From NCBI RefSeq assembly GCF_030689685.1, contig NZ_JAUYEY010000040.1, forward strand, positions 367-64,366: a stretch of 64,000 nucleotides of DNA, read 5' to 3'. This DNA comes from Polaromonas sp. GTDB lineage: Bacteria; Pseudomonadota; Gammaproteobacteria; Burkholderiales; Burkholderiaceae_C. The position numbers and the translations under genes are program-made. Of the stretch, positions 22,455 to 34,393 are shown in pieces (the stretch's first letter is position 1; each line of letters starts with the position of its first letter). The notes below the pieces were generated by a model. It worked only from the letters and a program-made list of their open reading frames with translations. It had not been told where the DNA came from and made no database searches.

Positions 22455-23083
22455 ATGATTGACACGATAGACGGCGCAGAAATCACCGGGGTGATCCTCG
22501 CGGGCGGGCGCGGCTCACGCATGGGCGGCGTGGACAAGGGCATGCAAAATTTCAACGGTGTGCCGCTGGCGCTGCACACCCTGCTGCGCCTGTCGCCACA
22601 GGTCGGCGAGGTCATGATCAATGCCAACCGCAACCTGGCGGCCTACGAATCGTTTGGTGTACCGGTCTGGCCCGATGCGGGCGGCATGGGCGAGTTCTCA
22701 GGGCCGCTGGCCGGTTTCATCACCGGGCTGGAGCGCTGCGAAACGCCTTACATGATGACGGTCCCCTGCGACAGCCCGCTGTTCAATGAAAACATGGTGC
22801 TGCGGCTTGCAGAGGCGCTGGCGCGCGAAAACGCCGACTTCGCTGTGGTGGCCGCGCCCGAGGAAGACGGGCAGTTGCGCGCCCAACCGGTGTTCTGCCT
22901 GATGCGCGCCGGCATGCTGGAGAGCCTGGCGGTGTTCACCGCCGGTGGCGGGCGCAAGATCGACGCCTGGACGGCGCGGCACAAGACCGTGCTGGTGCCC
23001 TTCAACCAGCCGGGCGACGACCCGCGCGCTTTTTTTAACGCGAACACGCTGGCCGAACTGCACCAGCTCGAAGCCCTGCGGCC

Positions 23084-23087
<4 letters not shown>
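22455..23087 (+). CDS. mobA: molybdenum cofactor guanylyltransferase
   Basis: [32 protein letters not shown]. Confidence 0.96.
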
Positions 23088-24418
<1,331 letters not shown>

Positions 24419-24476
24419 CCCCACGGTCGCTCGCTGCGGCTGCGGACTGGCAAAGCCAAATCCGCAGCCCCGGCTA
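24419..24476 (-). repeat. partial ~100-bp REP-like element, copy 5
   Basis: CCCCACGGTCGCTCGCTGCGGCTGCGGACTGGCAAAGCC..CCGCAGCCCCGGCT, shares blocks with copy 4. Confidence 0.7.
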
Positions 24477-24528
24477 ATTTGAAGAACCCCCGCCCACTCA
24501 CTGCATCGGGCGCTGCTGGTACCTCGTG

Positions 24529-27500
24529 CTACTTGGCTATGTATTCCGGATCGCCGTGGGGGGCTTGCGGTTCCTCTTTGGCCTCAGTCTTGTTGGCGCC
24601 CGGAATTTTCTTGCGGGCAAACAGCGCGTACATGGTGGGCACCACAAAGATGGTCAGCAGCGTGCCCAGCGACATGCCGCCCACAATCACCCAGCCGATC
24701 TGGATGCGGCTTTCGGCACCGGCGCCGCTGGCCAGCGCCAGCGGCATGGCGCCCAGCACCATGGCGCCCGTGGTCATCAGTATCGGGCGCAGGCGCTGCG
24801 ACGATGCCTTGATCAGCGCCTCCAGCATGTCCATGCCCCGCCCGCGCAACTGGTTGGTAAATTCAACAATCAAAATACCGTGTTTGGTGATCAAGCCCAC
24901 CAGTGTGATCAGCCCGATCTGCGAATAGACATTGAGCGATCCCCCTGACAGCTTGAGCGCGAGCAAGGCGCCAATCATTGACAGCGGCACCGACAGCATG
25001 ATGACCAGGGGATCGACAAAACTCTCGAATTGCGCTGCCAGCACCAGAAAAATAAACACCAGCGCCAACACGAACACGATGATGAGCGCGCCTTGCGAGC
25101 TTTTGAACTCGCGCGAGATGCCATTGAGGTCGGTGGTGTAGCCGGGTTTAAGCACTTTGGCCGCCGTCTGGTCCATGAAGGCCAGCGCCTGTCCCAGCGA
25201 GTAGTCCGGCGAAAGATTGGCGGTGATCGTGGCGGAGCGGCGCTGACCAAAGTGATTGAGCTCGCGCGGGGAAACGGTTTCGCGCACCGTGACCAGACTG
25301 GACAGCGGGATCATCACATCGCTGCGGCCGCGCACATAAATGCCTTCGATGTTTTCCGGTGTGCTGCGGCCGCTGGCTTGGGTCTGCACGATCACATCGT
25401 ACTGCTCGGCATCGCGTTTGTAACGTGTCACGTTGCGCCCGCCCAGCATGGTTTCAATCGCCTTGGCCACCACCTCCACACTGACCCCCAGATCAGCCGC
25501 CTTCTCCCGGTTCACGTCGATGCGCAGCTCGGGCTTGTTCAGTCGCAGATCTGAAACAGGGGACTGAATGCCCGGGTTCTTGGCGATCTCGGCCAACATC
25601 TGCTCGACCACCAGGTTCAGGTTTTCGTAGCTGTCTGAAGTCTGGATCACAAAATTAAGCGGCCGCTCGCGAAAGCCCTGTCCCAAAGACGGCGGTGTGA
25701 TCGGGAAGGCAGTCACACCAGGCAGGCTGGCGAACTTGGGCTGCAGTTCACGCGCCATCTCCAGCGTGCTGCGAGACCGGTCCTCCCAATCCACCGTGCG
25801 ATAGATCACGCTGGCTTGCGACACAGTGGGGTTGCCTACACTGGCGAAAATCCGATCAAACTCCGGGTAGGACTGGCCCATTTTTTCAAGCGCCTGCGCA
25901 TAGCGGTTGGTGTAGTCCAGCGTGGCGCCATCAGGCGCATTGACGGTCGCCAAAATCGTGCCCCGATCTTCAAGCGGAGACAGCTCCTGCTTCATGGTCG
26001 GGAAAATCAGCAAAATCGCCAATGCACTGGCCAGCATGATGCCCACCACGATCCAGCGCGCTTGTAACAGGAACGCGCCGAGACGCCCTCCACGGCCGGT
26101 ACCGCTGGCGGTGCCCGCCCGGTAACGCGCCGTGAGTATCCAGCGCAGCAGGCGGCCATACCGGTCGGACACCGCATTGAGAAACCGCCCGATGCCACGG
26201 TCAAAGGCGCTTGGCTTGGGGTTGTGCTTGAGCAGCTTGGCGCACATCATGGGCGTCAGTGTCAGGGCCACGAAGCCCGACACCACCACGGCGCCCGCCA
26301 ACGCCAGCGCGAATTCGACAAACAGCCGACCCGTGCGCCCCGGCGTGAAGGCCAGCGGTGCATAAACCGCGACCAAGGTGGCGGTCATGGTGACCACGGC
26401 AAAGCCTATCTCACGCGCGCCCTTGATGGCGGCCGAGAACGGGTCCAGCCCCTCCTCGATGTGGCGGAAGATGTTTTCCAGCATCACGATGGCGTCGTCC
26501 ACCACCAGGCCGATGGCCAGCACCAGCGCCAGCAAGGTCAGCGTGTTGATGGTGAAGCCCGCCAGCGCCATCAGCGCAAAGGTGCCAACCAGGCTGACCG
26601 GGATGGTGACGATCGGGATGATGGAGGCGCGGAAGGTTCGCAAAAATACAAAAATCACCAGCGCCACCAGCGCCACCGCCTCGGCAATGGTGGTGTAGAC
26701 GTTCTTGACGGAACGGTCGATGAAAACCGAGTTGTCGTTGGCAATGTCGACGTTGACCTCAGTCGGCAGATCGGCCTTGAGCTGGGGGATCATGTCGCGC
26801 ACCCCCCTGGACAAGTCCAGGGGATTGGCCGTCGCCTGCCGGATCACGCCAGCTCCGATCGCGGAACGGCCGTTCAGACGGACGCCGCTGCGCTCGTCGG
26901 CGGCGCCTTCCTCGACACGGGCCACATCGCGCACCTTGACCGGAAAACCATTCACGCTTCTGATCACCACCTCGCCGAACTGCTCGGGACGCACCAGGCC
27001 GGTTTCCGAGGTGACGCTGAACTCGCGCTGCTGGGATTCGATGCGCCCCGCCGGCACTTCCAGGTTGCTGCGGCGGATGGCGTCTTCAACATCTTGCGTG
27101 GTCAAGCGGTAAGCCGCCATTTTTTCAGTGTCAAGCCAGACGCGCATGGCGTACTTGCGCTCGCCGAAAATGCGCACATCGGCCACCCCGGTGACAGTCT
27201 GTAAGCGTGGTTTGACGATGCGGTTGACCAGGTCGTTGATTTGCAGCCGGGTCAGGCTGTCGCTGGTAAAGGCCAGCCAGATCACGGGGAAGGCGTCGGC
27301 CTCGACCTTGGCAATCACCGGTTCTTCAATCGCCTGCGGCAGCTTGTTGCGCACGCGCGAGGTGCGGTCGCGCACCTCGGCGGCGGCCGCATCAGCATCT
27401 TTTTCGAGCCGAAAACGCACCGAGATCTGGCTCTGGTCGGCCCGGCTGATGGAGGTCAGCACATCCACCGCGTCGATACCGGCGATTGAGTCCTCCAGCG

Positions 27501-27696
27501 GTTTGGTGACCTGTGACTCGACCACCTCGGCCGACGCGCCGGGGTAACGCACGCTCACGGTCACCACCGGTTCGTCGATTTTTGGGTATTCGCGCACCGT
27601 CAGGCGCTGGAAACTGACCGCGCCTATCAGCACAATCAGCAGGGACAGCACGGTGGCAAATACCGGCCGGCGGATCGAGACTTCAGCCAATTGCAT
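24529..27696 (-). CDS. RND efflux transporter permease (AcrB family)
   Basis: 1055 aa; GLVVDDAIVMLENI, KHGILIVEF, RLRPILMTT. Confidence 0.96.
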   Translation of the reverse strand: MQLAEVSIRRPVFATVLSLLIVLIGAVSFQRLTVREYPKIDEPVVTVSVRYPGASAEVVESQVTKPLEDSIAGIDAVDVLTSISRADQSQISVRFRLEKDADAAAAEVRDRTSRVRNKLPQAIEEPVIAKVEADAFPVIWLAFTSDSLTRLQINDLVNRIVKPRLQTVTGVADVRIFGERKYAMRVWLDTEKMAAYRLTTQDVEDAIRRSNLEVPAGRIESQQREFSVTSETGLVRPEQFGEVVIRSVNGFPVKVRDVARVEEGAADERSGVRLNGRSAIGAGVIRQATANPLDLSRGVRDMIPQLKADLPTEVNVDIANDNSVFIDRSVKNVYTTIAEAVALVALVIFVFLRTFRASIIPIVTIPVSLVGTFALMALAGFTINTLTLLALVLAIGLVVDDAIVMLENIFRHIEEGLDPFSAAIKGAREIGFAVVTMTATLVAVYAPLAFTPGRTGRLFVEFALALAGAVVVSGFVALTLTPMMCAKLLKHNPKPSAFDRGIGRFLNAVSDRYGRLLRWILTARYRAGTASGTGRGGRLGAFLLQARWIVVGIMLASALAILLIFPTMKQELSPLEDRGTILATVNAPDGATLDYTNRYAQALEKMGQSYPEFDRIFASVGNPTVSQASVIYRTVDWEDRSRSTLEMARELQPKFASLPGVTAFPITPPSLGQGFRERPLNFVIQTSDSYENLNLVVEQMLAEIAKNPGIQSPVSDLRLNKPELRIDVNREKAADLGVSVEVVAKAIETMLGGRNVTRYKRDAEQYDVIVQTQASGRSTPENIEGIYVRGRSDVMIPLSSLVTVRETVSPRELNHFGQRRSATITANLSPDYSLGQALAFMDQTAAKVLKPGYTTDLNGISREFKSSQGALIIVFVLALVFIFLVLAAQFESFVDPLVIMLSVPLSMIGALLALKLSGGSLNVYSQIGLITLVGLITKHGILIVEFTNQLRGRGMDMLEALIKASSQRLRPILMTTGAMVLGAMPLALASGAGAESRIQIGWVIVGGMSLGTLLTIFVVPTMYALFARKKIPGANKTEAKEEPQAPHGDPEYIAK

Positions 27697-27735
27697 CAGG
27701 GTCTCTCCAATTCCAATGGGCGCGCCACATCAAAC

Positions 27736-29085
27736 TCAGGCGGGATTGCGCGGGACCGGCCGCGTGCCGGACTCCTGCGGTCCGGGCGATGGCGGCGGTG
27801 CGGCCTTGCGTCGGCCTTGCGCAGGCGCCACGCCCATGTCGGGCATGCCCACCAGGCAGGGCTGGGTGCCACCAGCCGCCTGGGGTGCCGCAGCCTCGGC
27901 GGGTGCTGGTGATTTTGCGGATAGAGCGGCAGTTGCCGGGGCGCCGCCATCGGTCGGCCGGACGGCGGCGGGCGCGTTCAGGACCACCACACTGACCTTC
28001 ATGCCATCACGCTGGACTCGCTGCTGACCCGTGGTGATCACGGTATCGCCGGCCTGCAGGCCGCCCATGATTTCAACCTTGCCCGGACGACGCATACCGA
28101 CTTGCACGGGAACACGCTGCGTGGTCCAGGTTTGCGCATCCGCGCCAGGCAGCAGCTTGATGACAAATTGGCGGTCACCTTGCGGCAGCAAAGCCTCTTC
28201 TGGAATAACCGTGGCGTTGTCGCGCTGGCCAAAGACCGTATTGACGCGCGCAAACATGCCGGGACGCAGCCGCAACTGCCGGTTGTCGATACAGGCTCGC
28301 ACCGCGACCGACCGCCCGTTGGCGTCAATCAAGGGATCGATGGCTTGCACCACTGCGGTGTATTTCTGACCCGGCAAGGCATCAAGGTCAACATGCGCTA
28401 TCTGGCCGCGCCGCACCTTGCTCTGAAAGCGCTCAGGCAGGCGGAAATCAACAAACAGCGCGTCAATGTCTTCAATGTTGACAATGTCGGCGCCATCCTT
28501 GAGGTAGTCGCCGGGATTGACCAGACGGATGCCCGCGATGCCGTCGAAGGGCGCGACAATTTTCAGGCGCGCCGCCGTTGCTTTGGCCAGCGACAGCTTG
28601 GCCTGTGCGACCTGGAGGTTGGCGGCGCTTTCGTCGAGCGAACGCTGGCTGACAAAATTCTGCGCCACCAGTTCCTCGTTGCGTTTCTGGTTGGCCTGAG
28701 CAATCGACAATTCGGCTTGGCTTTGCTGGACCTGCGCCAGCGGAAGCTGGTCGTCAAACTGCACCAGCACCTGACCTTTGCGCACGCGTTGGCCGTCGGT
28801 GAAGTTGAGCTGGGTGATGCGTCCGCTGACCTCGGGGCGCAAGACCACGCTGCGGCGCGAGCGCAAGCTGCCAACCGCCTGCGCATCATCGACCAGGCGG
28901 ACGACTTCGACTTTCGCGGCCTCTACCGTCACCGGTTTGCCGGCGCCACCGGCCGCAGCCTGCCCTGCAGCCGTCGGTGGCACATTGGCGCCGGAAGCCT
29001 TGGGCTTTTGGTACCACCAGGCGCCACCCGATGCCAGCGCGATACCAGCCACCGCAACGGCTGCGTAAATTACTTTTGATGCCAT
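27736..29085 (-). CDS. RND periplasmic adaptor subunit
   Basis: N-terminal anchor, VSGRITQL, IVAPFDG, LRPGMFA; start uncertain (29085 or 29103). Confidence 0.93.
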   Translation of the reverse strand: MASKVIYAAVAVAGIALASGGAWWYQKPKASGANVPPTAAGQAAAGGAGKPVTVEAAKVEVVRLVDDAQAVGSLRSRRSVVLRPEVSGRITQLNFTDGQRVRKGQVLVQFDDQLPLAQVQQSQAELSIAQANQKRNEELVAQNFVSQRSLDESAANLQVAQAKLSLAKATAARLKIVAPFDGIAGIRLVNPGDYLKDGADIVNIEDIDALFVDFRLPERFQSKVRRGQIAHVDLDALPGQKYTAVVQAIDPLIDANGRSVAVRACIDNRQLRLRPGMFARVNTVFGQRDNATVIPEEALLPQGDRQFVIKLLPGADAQTWTTQRVPVQVGMRRPGKVEIMGGLQAGDTVITTGQQRVQRDGMKVSVVVLNAPAAVRPTDGGAPATAALSAKSPAPAEAAAPQAAGGTQPCLVGMPDMGVAPAQGRRKAAPPPSPGPQESGTRPVPRNPA

Positions 29086-29298
29086 GGGAACGAAACTTGT
29101 CATTGAAAAGATACAAGTTGCCAATGTATCAGGACACCCCCCGCATTGCATCTTTACTGCCACCGGTGAAAGTGAAGCGGCTTGCGCGGCAGCTTTACAA
29201 GGCCTTTACGAAATTGAAGGTCGGCGCCCTCCGCAGATACCAAGCACGCTTACGGCGCGTCCTGACAGAGACTCCGGTGGGGCGGCCTGGCAGCCCTG

Positions 29299-29772
29299 TC
29301 AGCGCCTGGACAGGGCGACATCAACGCCTTGGTTGGCCAGCACATCGGCCCGCTCGTTGCCGGGGTCGCCATCGTGGCCGCGCACCCATACCCATTCAAT
29401 GGTGTGACCGCTGCCGCTGACCAACGCGTCGAGCTTTTGCCAGAGGTCGACGTTTTTGACGGGCTCCTTGGCCGCCGTGCGCCAGCCGCGGGCCTTCCAG
29501 CCCTTGATCCACTCGGTCATGCCCTTGAGCACGTACTGGCTGTCCACGTAGAGCGTGACGCGGCACGGGCGCTTGAGGGCGGCCAGCGCCTCGATCACAG
29601 CCGTCATCTCCATGCGGTTGTTGGTCGTCGACAGCTCGCCACCAAACAGCTCCTTGACGCTGCCACTGGTGGTCATCAGGGCGCCCCAACCGCCGGGGCC
29701 AGGGTTGCCCTTGCAGGCGCCATCGGTATAAATCACCACATGTTGGACTGTGGTTTGCGGGGTGTCAGTCAT
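29299..29772 (-). CDS. rnhA: ribonuclease HI
   Basis: [40 protein letters not shown]. Confidence 0.98.
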   Translation of the reverse strand: MTDTPQTTVQHVVIYTDGACKGNPGPGGWGALMTTSGSVKELFGGELSTTNNRMEMTAVIEALAALKRPCRVTLYVDSQYVLKGMTEWIKGWKARGWRTAAKEPVKNVDLWQKLDALVSGSGHTIEWVWVRGHDGDPGNERADVLANQGVDVALSRR

Positions 29773-30632
29773 GCATCGGGGTCCAGGGTGGTGCGTTGCT
29801 CGGGGCGAAGTAAGAATGCGCCAGGTCGCCCGACCTGGTTGGCGATGGCCACCGGTGCGCTGGCGGTCGCTTTCTGGGACTTCCAGGCCGGCTCCAACAG
29901 GCGCATACCGCGCACCCGCTTGACCGCGACCAGAAAGTACAGCGCCCCAAAGATCGGCCAGGAGCGTTCGCCAACCTTGTCCATCCAGGCAAAACGCTCC
30001 AGCGAGGCGGGGCTGCTGACAGCTGGCCGGTAGCAGCCAAACTGACCCGATTCAACCTCGAAGCTGAGCAGGCGCAGCCAGTCGCGCAGCCGCCAGTAAC
30101 CAATGAACTCACCGGCTTCCGGCAAAAACAGTTCACCGTAACCCAGGCGCCGGTAAAAATGCGCGCGGCGCTGGCGCAAGCCCCACAGGCTGGCCGGGTT
30201 CAGGCCGCTGATGACCACGCGGCCTTCGGGAACCAGCACACGCTCGACCTCACGCAAGGTGGTGTGCGGGTCGCTGCTGAGCTCCAGCGTATGCGGCAGC
30301 AACACCAGGTCCAGGCTGTTTTCCGGAAACGGCAAGGCCGCCGGTTCGGTCAGCAGTGCCACGCGTGGGGAACTTGCGATGGCCGCAGCGGGGCTCTTGC
30401 CTGACGGCGGGACAGCCGCGACCGAGCCGCCATCGGCACCCTGCAGGGCCAGCCATTTGTGCGGCATGCGGTTGCTGCGCAGCGCGTCAAGTTCAGGCAG
30501 GCCGAGCTGCAGCGCATGGTAGCCAAACATGTCCGCCACTGCCTGGTCAAATCGCTCGCGCTCCCACGCCAGCAAATACTCGCCGGGCGGGGTCCTGAAC
30601 CAGTCGGTGAAACCTATAATTTGTGAGCCCAT
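29769..30632 (-). CDS. yafS: class I SAM-dependent methyltransferase (YafS-like)
   Basis: [29 protein letters not shown]; conserved rnhA-yafS-gloB context. Confidence 0.88.
   Translation of the reverse strand: MGSQIIGFTDWFRTPPGEYLLAWERERFDQAVADMFGYHALQLGLPELDALRSNRMPHKWLALQGADGGSVAAVPPSGKSPAAAIASSPRVALLTEPAALPFPENSLDLVLLPHTLELSSDPHTTLREVERVLVPEGRVVISGLNPASLWGLRQRRAHFYRRLGYGELFLPEAGEFIGYWRLRDWLRLLSFEVESGQFGCYRPAVSSPASLERFAWMDKVGERSWPIFGALYFLVAVKRVRGMRLLEPAWKSQKATASAPVAIANQVGRPGAFLLRPEQRTTLDPDA
30615..30620 (+). promoter_or_regulatory. -10 box for gloB-mltD inside the yafS coding region
   Basis: Perfect TATAAT 24 bp before the gloB ATG. Confidence 0.5.
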
Positions 30633-30644
30633 CACGAACGACGC

Positions 30645-31415
30645 ATGTACTTAATTCCCATCCCCGCATTTAACGATAACTACCTCTGGCTGTTGCACGA
30701 TGGCCGGCGCGCCCTCATCGTCGACCCCGGCGACGCTGGCCCCGTGCAGCGTGCGCTGCATGAAAACGGCTTGCAACTGGCCTCAATTCTAGTCACGCAC
30801 CACCATCCCGACCACACCGGTGGTGTCGCCGAACTGCACAAGGCCACTGGCGCGCCAGTGTATGGCCCCGCCCGCGAAGCGATTCCCGAGCCCTTCAAGC
30901 GGCTCAAGGACGGCGACACGGTGCAGACCCTGGGCTTGGATTTTCAGGTGATCGATGTGCCTGGCCACACCGCCGGACATATCGCATTTTTCACGCAGGA
31001 GATGGATGGTCGGCCGCTGCTGTTCTGCGGCGACACGCTTTTTTCTGGCGGTTGCGGGCGGCTTTTCGAAGGCACGCCAGCGCAAATGCTGGCTTCGCTG
31101 GACCGCCTGGCCGCCCTGCCCGGCAACACCCGCGTCTGCTGCACCCATGAATACACCCTGAGCAACCTGCGCTTTGCGCTGGCAGCAGAACCTGACAATA
31201 CCGAGCTGATTGGTTACCATGCACGCTGTACCGCCTTGAGAGCCGATGGCAAGCCGACCTTGCCCTCCTCGATTGCCCAGGAGTTGCTGATCAACCCATT
31301 CTTGCGTACCCGACAAGCCACTGTCATGGCTGCGGCCCAGCGCTTCGATCCGGCCACCCATGATGACAACAGCGTATTTGCCGCCATCCGGCAGTGGAAG
31401 AACCAATTCAAATGA
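30645..31415 (+). CDS. gloB: hydroxyacylglutathione hydrolase
   Basis: DNYLW, THHHPDH, PGHTAGH, GDTLFSGGCG, CTHEYT. Confidence 0.97.
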   Translation: MYLIPIPAFNDNYLWLLHDGRRALIVDPGDAGPVQRALHENGLQLASILVTHHHPDHTGGVAELHKATGAPVYGPAREAIPEPFKRLKDGDTVQTLGLDFQVIDVPGHTAGHIAFFTQEMDGRPLLFCGDTLFSGGCGRLFEGTPAQMLASLDRLAALPGNTRVCCTHEYTLSNLRFALAAEPDNTELIGYHARCTALRADGKPTLPSSIAQELLINPFLRTRQATVMAAAQRFDPATHDDNSVFAAIRQWKNQFK

Positions 31416-32983
31416 CCGACCCGCAGCGACCGTTTTTCATCTCCCCCTTCCTATCCGGCGGGCGCTTCCCCCGCCAGGCTTCAGGTCTCAAAACCTTTCT
31501 TCTCGGACTCGCTGTCGCCGTACTCGCGGGCTGCGCCAGCAGCAGCCCGCCCGGCATGCCTGGCGACCCGGTCCTGACCACGTCTACGACCCCTGCGCCC
31601 GCAAGCCCACCGGTGTACCCGAATGGCCCCCTGTCGCCTATCAGCCGGGCTCATGCCGTGTCATCAGGCATGGTTGCCCCGTTGCAGTCACCGTCAGACC
31701 TGTGGGAGCGCATACGCAGCGGCTTTGCCATGCCCGACCTGCAGAACGAGCTGGTCACCGACCGCGAGCAGTGGTACGCCAGCCGACCCGACTACATGCA
31801 GCGCATGACCGAGCGCTCAAGCAAATACCTGTTTCACATCGTCGAGGAGCTGGAACGTCGCAACATGCCGACCGAGCTGGCGCTGCTGCCCTACATCGAA
31901 AGCGCCTTCAACCCGCAAGCGGTTTCCAGCGCCAAGGCGGCCGGCATGTGGCAGTTCATGCCGGCCACCGGCAAGTATTTTGATTTGAAGCAAAACGCCT
32001 TCCGCGATGACCGGCGCGATGTACTCGCCTCGACCCGAGCCGCGCTGGACTACCTGCAAAAACTGCATGGCATGTTTGGCGACTGGCACCTGGCGCTGGC
32101 CGCCTACAACTGGGGTCAAGGCAGCGTCGGCCGCGCCATCGCCAGAAACAAAAAGGACGGCCTGGGCACCAGCTACACCGAGCTGCGCATGCCCGACGAA
32201 ACCCGGCTCTATGTGCCCAAGCTGCAGGCCGTCAAGAACATCGTGGCCAACCCGCAGGCCTTCCGCGCCGAGCTGCCGCTGATTGAAAATCACCCCTACT
32301 TCCAGCAGGTGCTGATCACGCGTGACATCGACGTGGCGCTGGCCGCGAAACTGGCTGATGTCCAGCTGGCCGACTTCAAGGCGCTCAACCCGTCGGCTCA
32401 TCGGCCGGTGATCATTGCATCAGGCACACCTCAAATCCTGTTGCCCTGGGACAACGCCAAGATTTTTCAGCGCAACTTCGAGGCTTACACCCAAGGCCAA
32501 TATGCCAGCTGGACCGCATGGACCGCGCCGGCCACCCTCAGCGTGAGCGATGCGGCCAAACGTGTCGGCATGAGCGAGGCGGACCTGCGCGGCGTCAACA
32601 ACATCCCGCCGCGCATGCTGATCAAGGCCGGCTCAACCCTGCTGGTGCCACGCACCGCCAAAATGGGCGACGACGTGGCCGGCCACATTGCCGATACCGC
32701 GCAGGTGGCCTTTGCCCCGGAGGTCGTCACCCGCCGCAGCACCGTCAAGGCGCGCAAGGGCGAAACCGTGGCGACCATCGCCAAACGTCACGGCCTGAGT
32801 GCGGCCAGCGTGGCCGAGTGGAATGACGTGAGTGCCAATGCCGCATTCAAGCTCGGTCAGCAGGTGGTGATGTTCCTGCCGGTCCGAGCGAACACTGCCC
32901 GCAAGGCAGCGCCTGTACGCAGCAACATCAAGGCCATCAAGCGCAGTCCGGGTAAAACCGTGATCCAGAGCAAGAAGCGCTAG
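31412..32983 (+). CDS. mltD: membrane-bound lytic murein transglycosylase D (SLT plus LysM)
   Basis: Lipobox VLAGC, IESAFNP, AAGMWQF, AAYNWG, C-terminal LysM domains. Confidence 0.93.
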   Translation: MTDPQRPFFISPFLSGGRFPRQASGLKTFLLGLAVAVLAGCASSSPPGMPGDPVLTTSTTPAPASPPVYPNGPLSPISRAHAVSSGMVAPLQSPSDLWERIRSGFAMPDLQNELVTDREQWYASRPDYMQRMTERSSKYLFHIVEELERRNMPTELALLPYIESAFNPQAVSSAKAAGMWQFMPATGKYFDLKQNAFRDDRRDVLASTRAALDYLQKLHGMFGDWHLALAAYNWGQGSVGRAIARNKKDGLGTSYTELRMPDETRLYVPKLQAVKNIVANPQAFRAELPLIENHPYFQQVLITRDIDVALAAKLADVQLADFKALNPSAHRPVIIASGTPQILLPWDNAKIFQRNFEAYTQGQYASWTAWTAPATLSVSDAAKRVGMSEADLRGVNNIPPRMLIKAGSTLLVPRTAKMGDDVAGHIADTAQVAFAPEVVTRRSTVKARKGETVATIAKRHGLSAASVAEWNDVSANAAFKLGQQVVMFLPVRANTARKAAPVRSNIKAIKRSPGKTVIQSKKR

Positions 32984-32993
32984 TCCAGTCAAG

Positions 32994-33057
32994 GCTTCAA
33001 GCAATAACGGCCCTTTGCCCATATCCAGTCTGTGTAACCAGCTATCAAAACAGTAGC
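32994..33057 (-). repeat. GCTAY-N7-RTAGC element, copy H
   Basis: Minus strand GCTACTGTTTTGATAGC-TGGTTACACAGACTGGATATGGGCAAAGGGCCG. Confidence 0.8.
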
Positions 33058-33076
33058 GGATCAGATTGCATATCCC

Positions 33077-33946
33077 ATGGCCGTGAGACCCCCCGCCCCC
33101 GCAACCCAGACCGCGTCACCCTTTCGCTTTATTTTTCTGTTGGGGCTACTGGTCCTGGCCGTCGGCGTCGTGCTGCTGATGCTGTCCTTCCAACAACGGG
33201 ATTTGCGGGTTGCCGGTGCGGTCTGCCTGCTGCTCGGCGTCGTTTTGACGGGCGGTTACCTGACCAGCAGGCTGTTTTCCGGCATGTATGCCGATCCTCT
33301 CGCCTATGAACCTCCTTGGGCCAAGCTAGGCCGGGGCGAAGGCCCGCCCCGACTGCCCGCCCCAGGCAAGCCAGCCGCCCCCCCACGCACGCCTGTTGCC
33401 ATCGAAAAACTGATCGATTTTCCGGAGCCCGCTGCACCCCGCCGACCGCCCATGCCACCCATGTCGGCCGGCAAGGTAGCGGCAAGTCCCGCGCCGGTAA
33501 CAACGCCGGTAACCAGATGGACGGCGGAGCTGTTCGACCGCATGTCGCCGCAGCAGTTCGACATGGTCTGTCACACATTGTTTGCCCAAAGTGGTTTGGA
33601 AACCCGCGTCCAGTCCCATGGCGCAGCCGGCGGCGTGACCATCTGGCTTCATTCACGCAATGCACAACAAGGCAAGGACAGCCCGGTAGCGGTAGCCGTG
33701 TGCAAGTTATGGCCAGGACAGCCGCTGGCCGTTCGCGAAATTCACCCTCTGCTGGTCCTGATGACGGCGCGTCAACTCAAGCGCGCGACCTATGCAACCG
33801 CGTCGAGTTTCACCGAGAACGCCCGCGAGTTTGCCAAACGCAACGGCATCAATGCGCTGGATCGGTTTGGATTGCTCGCGCTGATCGCTACGCGCACACC
33901 GGTCCAACAACAAGTCTTGCTGGCCGTCGCACTCGGCAAGCGCTGA
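33077..33946 (+). CDS. membrane-anchored Mrr-like restriction-endonuclease-fold protein, degenerate active site
   Basis: Two N-terminal TM helices, Pro-rich linker, Mrr_cat-like C-terminus (CK.W, SSFTENAREFA). Confidence 0.72.
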   Translation: MAVRPPAPATQTASPFRFIFLLGLLVLAVGVVLLMLSFQQRDLRVAGAVCLLLGVVLTGGYLTSRLFSGMYADPLAYEPPWAKLGRGEGPPRLPAPGKPAAPPRTPVAIEKLIDFPEPAAPRRPPMPPMSAGKVAASPAPVTTPVTRWTAELFDRMSPQQFDMVCHTLFAQSGLETRVQSHGAAGGVTIWLHSRNAQQGKDSPVAVAVCKLWPGQPLAVREIHPLLVLMTARQLKRATYATASSFTENAREFAKRNGINALDRFGLLALIATRTPVQQQVLLAVALGKR

Positions 33947-33964
33947 GCAAGCGTCTGTCTTGTT

Positions 33965-34117
33965 TTACAAGCGCAGTGAGCCGGTTCCGAACAGGCCGAT
34001 CAGGCCAATAACAATCAGGTAAATCGCCACAATATAGTTGAGCAGCCGCGGCATGATGAGAATCAAAATGCCGGCAATCAGGGAGACGATGGGACCGATG
34101 GAAACGGAGAGATTCAT
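33965..34117 (-). CDS. DUF3096-like small membrane protein
   Basis: IVSLIAGILILIMPRLLNYIVAIYLIVIGL, 50 aa. Confidence 0.9.
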   Translation of the reverse strand: MNLSVSIGPIVSLIAGILILIMPRLLNYIVAIYLIVIGLIGLFGTGSLRL

Positions 34118-34224
34118 GGCAATGTCCTTGCAGTGAGGTTTGGGCAGCGGCAGATGCCGCTGAGCTGCACCCACTGTATCGGCAGCCCCGTCACCCGTCT
34201 GTAGGACGAAGCAAACAGACAGTC

Positions 34225-34393
34225 CTAGGAGTCTGGGCGGCAGAAGGCGTCGAAGCGAAAAGTGGCCCCGGCGAGGACAGTTTTTGCCGGGTTTGCAGCG
34301 CCATAGCCGTCGCTATGGGGCAAAAAGCCGGTGAAAAATGGACCGTCGCGGCCGCTTTGCAGCCGACGTTCCTTCTGCCGCCCAGGCTCCTAG
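34225..34393. mobile_element. MITE, 169 bp, CTAG-bounded
   Basis: Terminal IR CTAGGAGTCTGGGCGGCAGAAGG / CCTTCTGCCGCCCAGGCTCCTAG (22 of 23 match); no ORF. Confidence 0.85.

Noticed and set aside
29094-29119. AACTTGT-N12-ACAAGTT dyad upstream of the RND operon
   Set aside because: A single short dyad with no adjacent regulator gene; may be chance.
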